From: Sporopachydermia quercuum
Taxonomy: Eukaryota
Length of the DNA stretch: 64,000 nucleotides
Direction: 5' to 3'
Assembly (NCBI GenBank): GCA_001599295.1
Contig: BCGN01000003.1
Coordinates: 1,364,001 to 1,428,000, forward strand
A program made the position numbers and the translations under genes. The notes beneath the pieces were generated by a model. It was given only the letters and a program-made list of their open reading frames with translations. It was not told the origin of the DNA and searched no databases. Positions 1 through 11,100 of the stretch are shown here, piece after piece (position 1 is the first letter of the stretch; the number at the start of each line of letters is the position of its first letter).

Positions 1-506
1 TTTGGTCTCTGAGTTATTGAGTATGACGATCCATGAGAGAGAGAACTGCGATCAAATTCTAGCAATCATCAGCCATAGTATTCAATTGAACTTGCGATCA
101 TACTATGTTTCAAAAGAATATTTTCAGACTGCTCTTTCCTGCAAAGTATAAAAGATCAATGAATAAAGAATAATCAGTATTCAAATAACAGTAGAAGGGC
201 TATGAACTGAAGAACGTGCCGTGTTCAGTTCAATTCCTGTTCATGAAGCATCTTCAGCTGGTCATGGTAGCCACAACTCGTGCACTTGTTTTTTTATATC
301 TACATCAGTTGTATCGACAGCCTGTGCATTTTCAAATATAGTTACTATAATCAATTGCTTGAGTATCAGTTTCCATTTGATTCTTCAAAGTGTAAAGTCA
401 CTTAATTCTTCAATATTAAACTTTTTTGATTTCGTCAAACTCTTCATCATTAACCAGCGACTGTCGCTCTCTTATCCCCATGCTTCTTCTAGAACAAGTA
501 TTGCCT

Positions 507-1767
507 CTAATCCAACCGCCTCCATGCTTTGCTGTTCAATGAAAGATTTCCACTAGTCTTAGACCTGCGTACAGGAGATGAAGCAATAATTTCCAGCTTA
601 CCAGGAACAAATCGAGAACTAGTACCTCCCAACTTTTGACCAATATTACCAACTGACAAACTACCAGCAGTACTTGTAGACTTTCTAATTGGCGTGGTTT
701 GATTATTATTATTACTGTCATTGAGATTTCGAAGATTGCTGGATAATTTATTCATTGAAGTTGCACGAGACAAGGATCTCATACTAGTACTCTGGGGAAT
801 CCGACTTCCAGATACCTTCAAGGATGGAATCGAATGAGTTTTTGGTTTTATTGCCACATCAGGTGTTCTTTCTAGAATATTAACAGGTTTAGAATTAAAG
901 ATATTCCCATGAGGATTACTGGAAGCTGATTTGGTTTTATCTAGATTGATCGTTGGCAGCCGAGATCTTGATGGTGATTTATGCAATTTAGACAGTGATT
1001 TTCCCGTACTATTCGCAAAGAGATCCATACCTTGCTTCCGGGGACTTGTATGCAGAGTCTCTTTGGTGATAGTGTTTCCTTGGTTAGGATTATTAGGATT
1101 ATCATTATAAGGATCAATTTCTTGATACTGCGAATTATTAAAACCAGTACGACGTCTTTTGCTTGCACTTGATATGGTTGTACCTGTTAGTCGTTTACCT
1201 GTAGGAGTGTCTAGTATTTTATTTTGACTAATAGTATTGATATCCACATCCATATTACTATCAGGGCGATTGCTTCTATAAGGAGAACAGTCCTCATGAA
1301 TTTGAACCGTCCTGCTTGGTGGTAGATAGGTTGATGAGGATGCAATTGAAGCCATGTTGTTAAACCGTTTCTTGTGAATTATGTTATACCTTTTGCTGAT
1401 AGACGTCCTGCCAGCAGGACTTCTAGTAGGTGAGTTCATATCTGAGTTAAGTAATGAGGAGAAATTTGATTTTGCTAGCTCCTGTGATGCGATTCCTAGA
1501 TATAAAGTTAGTAAAATGACTCTAAAAGTGATGACAAATATTTCATTTTCCATGAAACTTACGTTGAGCTCTTGCATTCAGTTCATTAAACACATCATCT
1601 GTTAATCGTTTACTGTACCCCATTTCCGTCAACATCTCACTTTCAACTTCTCCTGAATCATGTGTGACTTTCCTAGGACTAGAAAACCCATTGAAATTGC
1701 GATTACTTTCCGGTGACAATGTAGTCCTTTTTCCTGCTAAGGAGACCTTTGATGCTGTCGATTTCAT
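507..1767 (-). CDS. SHE1: She1-like microtubule/dynein regulator, 2 exons: join(1563..1767, 507..1495), 397 aa
   Basis: ORFs 1543..1767 and 507..1577 join in frame (CAA C|GA ATC) across a 67-nt GTAAGT...TACTAAC...TAG intron. The spliced protein has EMGYSKRLTDDVFNELNARA, HKKRFNNMASI, LSRATSMNKLSS, RRSKTSGNLS and a terminal WR, matching recalled S. cerevisiae She1 blocks. It sits next to a HEK2-like gene, as SHE1 does in S. cerevisiae. Confidence 0.8.
1496..1562 (-). other. Spliceosomal intron (67 nt) in the SHE1-like gene
   Basis: Donor GTAAGT at 1562-1557, branch TACTAAC at 1513-1507, acceptor TAG ending at 1496. Splicing restores the reading frame. Confidence 0.92.
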
Positions 1768-3942
1768 GTTTGGTGATATCTGAGTATGAATTGAATTGAT
1801 GTTGAATAAATGATTGCCTTATAGATGACAAACCAAAAGATGAGGAGTAATTGCAGTTTGATATAAGAAGTTTCCCTTAAAAGATTAAATGCTGAGACAG
1901 TTGAAAATAGTAAGGTCTTCTATGGTATCTGATTATCAAACACCCTTCAGTCATCACCTCTCTCTTTTCACTGTATTCTTCAAGTGGAGTGACAGCGACA
2001 ATGATCTTGCTCTCCTGATCAACTATGAAATCAGAATCTCAACAGAATCTAAACCTGCAGAAAGAGTTTTTCCAAGAACTAAAATAGTCTCTGAATAGAT
2101 ACTCTTTTGCTCTTAAGGCCCTTATGATTGAGCCAACGTCCTCTTTGTCAATGCAGCCACTTAGCTCTATTATCTGTGACAAGCTATTCTTTGAAATCAA
2201 ACGTGCAATGAATGCTTTTCCCAGACGTTTTCACCAAAAGACAAGGACATCTACATTTCAGTTATCTAAGTACATCCTGAAAACCAATTTTAACAGGTTT
2301 TTCTCATATTATAATATCCACAATTTATCAATAATTTTTTTGAGTATCATGGAAGCTGTTTAGCAATTTCCTTGAAGAGGTACGGTCAATTTAGTCAAAA
2401 GGGTGAAAAGTAAATAGAAAAGCGTGTGAATCGCTATGGTAACACCATTTAGTTGTCTATCGACACAACTTTAAACTGACATGGGGTCTCACTATATGCC
2501 CATGATAGAGTCATGTGATGTGGTAGTTAAGGAGATGGTTAGGGTTTGACATCATATGCATGTTAATGCAGGATCATGTGTCTTGATGATTATGATTGAG
2601 GAAGTTGATGTTGATTAGTATAGAGTATAGGGGCTGCAGTTGAATTGGATTTGGAGTATTTCAATAGTTTTCTATATCTTCGAATGGTTTTGTTGCAGAG
2701 GAGGTAAACATAATTATGGGACAAATCCCTATACAATCTTGGATGCAATAGTCCAGTATTTTATTATGACATTTGTCACGAACTGAGAAATAGCTTAGAA
2801 GTACATTGTTCTGGTCAACAGTCATTTGGTTTATGGTATAAGACTGCATTTAGTTGTATATCGTCTACACTCTACCCCGTTTCAAACTATCTTTACTCCT
2901 AGATATGGTCCCCTCAAATACTCACACTTATCATACTAATTTGCATACCTGATAATGTCTTAGTAACCGGAATATATCTCAGACATTTCACCAACATTAA
3001 AACCTTCATTGATATCCATTCTACCCTTAAGATTTAAACAACTCATGATTGTAACTGCGATTCTACCCTCATTTACATCAATAAATACCTAGTTTCCAAA
3101 TTCTCATACGATACGTTTCATTTGCTGGAAACCCTCCATTCTCTCATCAATCCTCTCACCGCTCCCCTTACTCATATATGCCTTTCTCCACATTTCAACT
3201 TCACGTCTCCTTTCAGTTTTACTATTCAGCGCTTGTTCATTACAGAAACTCTATTCCAGAAACCTCCTAGAAACCTCCCAAAGATCTCCTTCCACACCGC
3301 AAACTCACTTAGCTCCCCTGCAATTTTTGCCATTTCCCATAGTAAATTTTTCTTCACTTTGACACTTTTTTACGGGAAAAATCAGTCAGTTCATACTTCT
3401 CCTTCTGAAGGACAGATAGGTAACTTGTATTAGAATATAACCAACGAATTAACCGCCCAAAGCTTCTATTACTTATAATTAATTATTTAATATTTGAAAT
3501 TTGAGTAATTGAACCATTAGTTTAACCTCAAAGCCTTCCTCAAGCCATCAATATTCATTCATCACCACTCAGCTGGTTGTTACTGTCATAAGAAACAAAC
3601 AAACAACCGTTCAATCATTCAACCAAATCAGCCATCTACACGGCTCAAAAATTGCAAGCTTACAACTAATCAACACAACAAATAACTTTTTGCTCTCGGT
3701 GAACGTTTTATTTGTCTAAAGATTTGTCACGAGTAGTAATCAAGGATTCAAACTAGAATCATCTGTGACAATTGTTGATCATCACAATCTACCTCTAATT
3801 TTCATAAAGCCAGAAGCACTATTTAACGCACAAACAAGTGTTGATCTGTCGCCAAAGATTTCAAGATTAACAAGGAATTTAATTGAATTACTTATTTTAA
3901 TATTAAATAGTGTATACAATCATTCGACAACTAATTTGCAAA

Positions 3943-5130
3943 ATGTCATCAGCAGAAATTACATCTTCTTCACTTTTTGAACGAAGCTTTGCACGTGATC
4001 CAGAGGGAGAAATTTCCACTGGGAATAGTCAACCAGCATCAAATACAACTTCGAGCGGTACAGGAGCCGTTGATGTTTCCAACTCGGGTGAAATTCCAGG
4101 AGCAGAAAGTAATGAGAACAACAACAAAGATGAGTTCGATTTACCCTCACAGATTGTTTTCAGAGCTTTAGTTTCTACCAAGGAGGCAGGTGTTATTATT
4201 GGTAAAGGAGGAAACAATGTTACTCGTATTCGCAACGAAACGGGAGCAAGAGCTGGTATAACCAAACAAATTGTTGGAGTACCAGACAGAGTTCTTTCCA
4301 TGACTGGATCCTTGGATAGCGCCGCAAGAGCATTAGCACTGTCATTAGAAACCCTTGTTGATAATCCACCTGTGTCTGTCCCCAAAGGTTTGTTACAACC
4401 AGCACCAAGAGGATCAGCTACTTTACGATTACTCATCTCACATTCACAAATGGGGACAATTATTGGTAAGCAAGGTTTTAAAATCAAATCTATCCAAGAA
4501 GAATGTAAAGTCAAGATGATGGCTACCAAGGACTTTTTACCAAATTCTACTGAAAGAATTGTTGAGATTCAAGGTACCCCTGAAAACGTTTACAAAGCAA
4601 TCTATGAAATTGGAAAGAGCTTGCTAGAAGATTACAATGGTTCAAACGCAAACACTATTTTCTATACTCCTCAAGCTCGCGATAGCAGATCATCTGGCTT
4701 AGGTGCATCATCAGCTCCTTTCTTTGGCAATGGAAATAGAAGTTATTTCAATAATAACTCTTCCAGTAACGGTAACGGATACAACCAAAATGGACCATCC
4801 AACAATATCCGACCGCGCGGGTTTGGCGGTCTACCCCCAGCACCTAATACAGCTGGAGAACCAGAAACCACTCAAGAGATCCCATTTCCTGGTGATATGG
4901 TTGGATGTCTTATTGGTAAAGGCGGTAGTAACATCCAAGAAATCAGACAGAGATCTGGTGCCAGAATCTCTATACCTAAGGAAGATATTTCTGAGACTGG
5001 TGAAAGAGTTTTCACCATAAGCGGATCGAACGCTGCTGTACAAAAGGCTTTAGAACTTTTATATGAACAAACTGAACGTGAAAAGCAAAGAAGAAGTCAG
5101 GCAGCACAAGAGCAACAATTAGTTGAGTAA
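3943..5130 (+). CDS. HEK2: Triple KH-domain RNA-binding protein (Hek2/Khd1-Pbp2-Rnc1 family)
   Basis: Three KH GxxG motifs (GVIIGKGG, GTIIGKQG, GCLIGKGG); first ATG at 3943. HEK2 is preferred over PBP2 because of the SHE1 adjacency. Confidence 0.8.
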   Translation: MSSAEITSSSLFERSFARDPEGEISTGNSQPASNTTSSGTGAVDVSNSGEIPGAESNENNNKDEFDLPSQIVFRALVSTKEAGVIIGKGGNNVTRIRNETGARAGITKQIVGVPDRVLSMTGSLDSAARALALSLETLVDNPPVSVPKGLLQPAPRGSATLRLLISHSQMGTIIGKQGFKIKSIQEECKVKMMATKDFLPNSTERIVEIQGTPENVYKAIYEIGKSLLEDYNGSNANTIFYTPQARDSRSSGLGASSAPFFGNGNRSYFNNNSSSNGNGYNQNGPSNNIRPRGFGGLPPAPNTAGEPETTQEIPFPGDMVGCLIGKGGSNIQEIRQRSGARISIPKEDISETGERVFTISGSNAAVQKALELLYEQTEREKQRRSQAAQEQQLVE

Positions 5131-6314
5131 AAGCATTTTAATTATAACAATGCACTATTGCATTAACAATTGAACGCTCACAGTTCTCTATTCTTTTTTT
5201 ACTTAACTTTGCTGCTTTTCTGTTACTTCTTCTTTTGCTTTAACCTTTCTTTCTACTTGTTGTATTTCAGCTGTTTTCACTGATTGTCTATGAGCTATCA
5301 CGAATGATATGTTGGAGTCTATCCTTAAGTTGTGGTTTTTTTCCCAACCACATTTTAAGTATTAGTCATTAACACTGATTTTTGCTTTACAGATATTCAG
5401 TTCAGCCAGCTATTCAACTACTTAATATTAAGGCATTCGAAAGAAAAATTCTGATTTTTGTATGATGGTATGATTGCTTGAATATCTACTTGTTTGCTTT
5501 GCTTGCTTTTCCTTTCCTAATTTTTTTATATTGACTTGTTTCTCTTTTATTTTATTTTATTATTGAATGACGTGATGTTGAAGTACTGTATTATTTTTTT
5601 GTTCATTGAAACATAATCTTTTTATCACTATGTATTGTATTTAATTGCTGTGATGATACGTGATTGATATTTGGACTAGAGATAATTAATGCGATCCATA
5701 AAGAAGTTGAGTATATGAACAATACAATAGATATGAATGGAGATTGAGGTAAAATTGGAAGAAGAGAATTTGGCTTTGGATATTAGTATATTTTGCAGCT
5801 CCTTTAAGGAGATTGAAAATAACTAATGGTTTCTATACTATCTGTTTAATACCGTGTCTTACTTTTCTAGTGTTCTTTTGAAAACATATCCACTATTTTA
5901 TACTTAGCTACTATCTATCAATGCTTTTTTTTCTTGTTTGACCTTATTTCTCTCTTTTATCTGTTATTCATCAAATCCTCAAAAAATCTAGTTACTTTAA
6001 TTCATTTCCTATGCTTGAACTCATTTCATTCAAGTATTATTTCTTTCCTTACAATATTGCCTTGCCTTGCCTATTCCTTTCGTTTCCTTTGAATTGAACC
6101 ATCTTAAATAAACTATTGCTTGTTAATAATATTATACTCTTTTACACAACTTATAATTCAATTTGTTTCAAATAAAACAAATCTGTAGTATTCTTGCCAG
6201 CGACTTTTACTCTCTTCATCACATTTTCATTAAACTTTCAACCAAATGCCTTGTAGAGCCTAACAACAACTGGCAACACCTGTTATTACCATTATTACTT
6301 ACTATCATCAAATA

Positions 6315-6860
6315 TTAAAGACTCCAGCCGTTGCTCTCTGCAATTTCTGCAGCCAACTTTTCTAGCCAGTACTTGTCAATATCATCAAATTTGTTATCAA
6401 CTATACTATCAATATCGATAACACCTATTGGTTCATTCTCAACTATAATAGGTACAACTATTTCACTTTTTGTCTCCCCATCACAAGCTATATGTCCAGA
6501 AAACTCATTGACGTTAGGTACTACCTGAGTGGCCTTCTGTTCAAATGCTACTCCACATACCCCTTTACCGGATTCTATCTTCTGACAGGCAACTCTACCT
6601 TGAAATGGTCCTAGCGTCAGTGTTGGTTTATTGCTAGCGCTAATGTTGGTGATAGTTGATCTATGGATGTAGAATCCAGCCCAGTTGATATCTTGATTCG
6701 TAGAGTTATAGGCATACCAAAGTAAAGAAGCAGCGTTAGCTAGATTGCTAACCCAGTCGTCAGTATCTTCTGAAATTGCTTTATACGACTCGACAACCTG
6801 ACTTAGTAGTTCCCGTTTGTTGTTCGCTTCAAACCGTGAATAATCTGCGTGATGTGACAT
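6315..6860 (-). CDS. Free methionine-R-sulfoxide reductase, GAF domain (YKL069W-like, fRMsr)
   Basis: NWAGFY, LGPFQGRVAC, GKGVCG, HIACDGETKSEIVVP, GVIDIDS motifs. Confidence 0.95.
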   Translation of the reverse strand: MSHHADYSRFEANNKRELLSQVVESYKAISEDTDDWVSNLANAASLLWYAYNSTNQDINWAGFYIHRSTITNISASNKPTLTLGPFQGRVACQKIESGKGVCGVAFEQKATQVVPNVNEFSGHIACDGETKSEIVVPIIVENEPIGVIDIDSIVDNKFDDIDKYWLEKLAAEIAESNGWSL

Positions 6861-8170
6861 TTTGGAATATAGGCTGATGAGATAGAGAAGTCGCTTGACT
6901 ATGAATAACGAGTAAGATAATCAATGTGTGTTTAGTAGACTTGATAGAGGAGCGATTGATAATTGCATGTGCTATGACCAGGCTTCTAGTTATTTGAGCG
7001 CCCAAAATTAAGAACAAGCTTCAGATTTGGTTCTTGATTGTTCTATTCAAGTACAAGCTTTCTGTGTTTCAATTGCAATAGCATTCAACAAGGCATACAA
7101 TTCTACTTCTGGTCGCTCTTTCTCAAATCTCATAATAAATCCCCACAATTGCATAATGAAATAATAAAGTATTATGTGATCATAAACTAGATGTATCCAC
7201 TATCAGATTACGTAATAATGTACTCTTCAATGATAGTAGACATATATTAATTGCAGCTGTGTTTTCAATTATCTGCGGATATAGTGGCTAACAATAAAAT
7301 CTAGGATAAAAGCATTTATAAGCACTTCTAAAGATCGAATTTCACTTTTCCTTATAGCGGTAGAAATGACAGAAATACAGTTGTATCACTTCTCTTGGAG
7401 TTGACGTTCTCGAAAAAAATGCCGTCATATCCAGAATTTATGGATACATAAAGAACTGAAGGGAGAGAAAGCTCTTACTTAAAGGGCTACGAAAACAGAA
7501 ATATCAAATATCAAAATATTAGTTCTAACAGCGCGCCTATTGTCACAATTAATTCCTTCTTTCTTTTAATTTATCCTCAATATGCACTAACAACCTATCT
7601 CTTATTTTCAAATCCATTCATATACACCGCCATACATATCCAATTCATCCATAATAATTCACTAATTTATCATAACATCATATCTCACTACATACTACCT
7701 GTGCCTGTTTCTGTCTACATTTATTACCATTCTCCGTTTCTCTTTCTTGAATCACAGTTCATTAGGTCCTTTCCTCTGAATTAATTAAATATAAGAACTC
7801 GGTAAAGCGAACTATAGTAAACTTGCTGAGTCTTAAAAGAGTTGTTTCTTTTCTGAACTATTCGTTAACGTGTTCTTACGCTGGTAGCTAATTCCTAGCT
7901 TCGCCATTGTCAGCTTTTGAATCAAAGATAACTGAACATTGTTTTCTTCCTAGAAACAGTCCAAAAAAAGGAAGTTCTATTGGCAGATCCAACTGTTTCA
8001 TGTTTTCATATGCATAAATAAGTGAATTCGGGCTTGACATCTAGCTCCACTGCTTTCACAGCTAATGCATCCATTTTCCAGTTACATTTGCATATACGCT
8101 TATCCTAACAAATACCTGACTAGACTAATATAGAGATATTAACCCGTCAAAAGGTAACCCTGTTATTTAT

Positions 8171-11100
8171 ATGACATCAAACAGTGAGAATCCCAACCGG
8201 GTGGTTCTTATCAGGAGCGATCAGAATTCATCTTCAAACAATAACTCCAATCTGAACCCTTCTTCTATTCTCAGTCCTCCTGATACTGATGCATTAGCTA
8301 CATTCTCTGAGAAGCAATCAGCAGCAGGAAATAACAACATTGAAACCAATAGACCTTTTTCCCCACCAGAATCACCTTCGAATTCAACTAATCTAGAACA
8401 ACTTGATACTGGAATCAGATCCCAGGACGCAGACCATTATAAAAGAGCTCAAAGCCTTATAGCATCTCTTGGTGTAAAACGAAGGAAGTTGTCCAACAGA
8501 ACTGCCATGCAATCACGTGATCCCGCACCGGATTCCCCACCCAGAGGTACCGATGACAACGAGAGCAGCACTAATACTGCTAGTGCTAACTACGATATAA
8601 ATCCTACAATACCTATCAGGCTTACCTCTGACAGTAGAAATGCTCTCACTCCGTCTAATTCGACTCTTTTGGCTACTAGTTTTCTTAATAATGAACAAAT
8701 AGTTGGAACTGCTGAAGGGGCCAGTTTCCTTGATGAATTAACATCTCGTACTGAACAACATTTGAATCATGGCAGAACTGGATCAGCTCTCCAGAACAGA
8801 GACGAGAATCGCAGCAGATCTTACTACAGCTTAGCCAGAAGCCTGAATCACGAACTACTAAATCGATATCTCAGGTCAGAGATGATGCATGTTTCTAATC
8901 AATCGCGATTACTGCAAGATTTAGGTCTCGTTGCTTCCAGTTCCACTAATTCTGCCTCCAACTCCGGCACAGCCATATCAGGCGCAGGTGGCTACGATCC
9001 TGATCATTTCTATCGTACAGATCAACTATTCCTACCTTACAAAGCATATTTCAATTATCAAAATCTTCATACTGATGCCCGTTCGGAACCTGATGTAGAT
9101 TTCGATTCGGACGCATCTCATATATCGGATACTTCTGATGAAGCAGATCAAACTGTACAAAGGATTTCTAATATGGATATTCATTGTTTGGAAAAGAATG
9201 CTGAAATACTAATGAAACTGACTCATAAAAACCGACAGTCTCCATTTTATCTAGCTAGAGATGTGGCTACGATAGCAACAGCTGTAGTTGCTAATCCACG
9301 CACTGGCTCTGGAGCTTTTGATCCCAATACACCAAACGAGGATTACCTTGATCGTGATTTGCTAAGAAATGTTAATAAATATAAATTATATTCAGATGTC
9401 TCTGATTATATATATAATTCCGATAGCGAAGATGAGTATATTTATGAGGAGGAAGAAGGAGAAGAAGAAAATGATGAAAAGGTTTCACAGCTAATCAGCG
9501 CAATGAACGCGGAAGCAGGTTCTAGCAGTATAAAAGATGTTGATGGTAAAGCAACCTCTAGGGATAAAACTACTATAGGAAATACTACTGATCCTACAAA
9601 AGCTACGGAAGCTCCTACAGACAAGTCACCATCTGCTATCAAACTCACTCCAAATTCTATTTCCTCTGAACCATTTTCTACTATTAAATCAAGTCAAGTA
9701 CCTATTTCTAATAATACTAATGATTTATTCAACCCGGGCAGTGAAAAATTGGATTCAAAATCAGCTAAAACAATACAATCAAAAGGTATCGATACCTCCT
9801 ATAACGAAGACTACAGATTGCAATCTGACAGGTTAGCATATGCTGTTAAAAAGCAACCTGGAGACAAATTCAACGATTCTGTTACATCGACATTCTTAGG
9901 TCATCAGAAACTACGTATTGAACGAGGAAGAAATTTCAAAAACAACCTGACAGTGTTTTCGTGTGAAATTAATTCTCATATTGTTGCTGTGAACTCCAAA
10001 TTGTATTTTTATCCTGTGAAAGAGCATCTACGTAAATTGGATCTCTCACGGTTTCATTCTCCAACTGGGTCACCAGAGCAAAGTCCTAGGAGAGAGGAAG
10101 ACATTCCTGAGAATGATCCAGAGACTGGTAATAGTGATATTGATAGTGATAGCAATACTGATACTGATACAATTAGGAATAATATTAATAATAACAATAC
10201 TGGTGATTCTCATGCTTTTCAACCGACAGCAAGAGATGATAATACAAATATCAACAGAAACCGAGTTTCAGAAGCTGAAAGAACAAGATTCACGCCTAAT
10301 ACTGTTTTCCATTATCAGCCTTTCGATCTACCAAACTTCTGCATTGAAACTAGACCAGAAAGCACTACCCCAAGAGATCGAACAGTTGCCTCTTGGTCTT
10401 ATTATCCCCACACCATCAATTTCCTTAAAATCGCCTATTTTCTCGACCGAGAAGCTCTCATTGCAGCCAAAGATGACGGCTACATCTTTATATGGTTCAC
10501 CCACAGATTGGACATCAATATCAAAACATCACCAGGTTTCGACCCCACAGGGCTTGCCAATGGTGTTGATTCAATTGATGTGCGATTAAAACCAGATTTC
10601 AAATTGAAAGTTGGTGCATCTGCCTGGGGTGTTGATGTTCACAACGATTATAATATGATTGTTGTATCGGACAATTCACCGGTGGTTACTTTATTCTACT
10701 ATTCAACAGAGCATGAGCCGAGACGTGAGCAATACTTTGATAGCGACTCCTTTGAAACATCTAGACCAAGACATTTATATGCTGATCCTTCTTTAACTAA
10801 AGGTACGTTCTACGTTTGCAAGAGCAACTGTCTTATGAATAATATCCCATCGGTGTCGTTTATACATAATGATCCTGAACAAGAGGAAGAAGAAGATAAT
10901 GAGAAGCGAATGGAAAATGACTATAAAATCAATCCTTATAATGGAAGAACTAGAACTTTTGACATAAGTGAAAAGCTGAAATGTATTGTTTATGTTGCTG
11001 CAGTTACTATTGGAGATGAACTGATTATTCTTGCTTTTGAAATGAATAAGGTGTTTGGTCCCTTACCATTGGCGAAAGGATTCTCTACTCTTGAAGAAAT

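Noticed and set aside
362..452. Minus-strand ATGATGA...CTGA resembling a box C/D snoRNA
   Set aside because: No recognisable rRNA-complementary guide or convincing terminal stem; such boxes are common in AT-rich DNA.
1543..1577. Apparent frameshift or overlap between ORFs 1543..1767 and 507..1577 (programmed frameshift or pseudogene)
   Set aside because: Fully explained by the canonical intron at 1496..1562.
3420..3910. Possible 5'-UTR intron of HEK2 (GTAACT donor)
   Set aside because: No good branch site at the proper distance from an acceptor.
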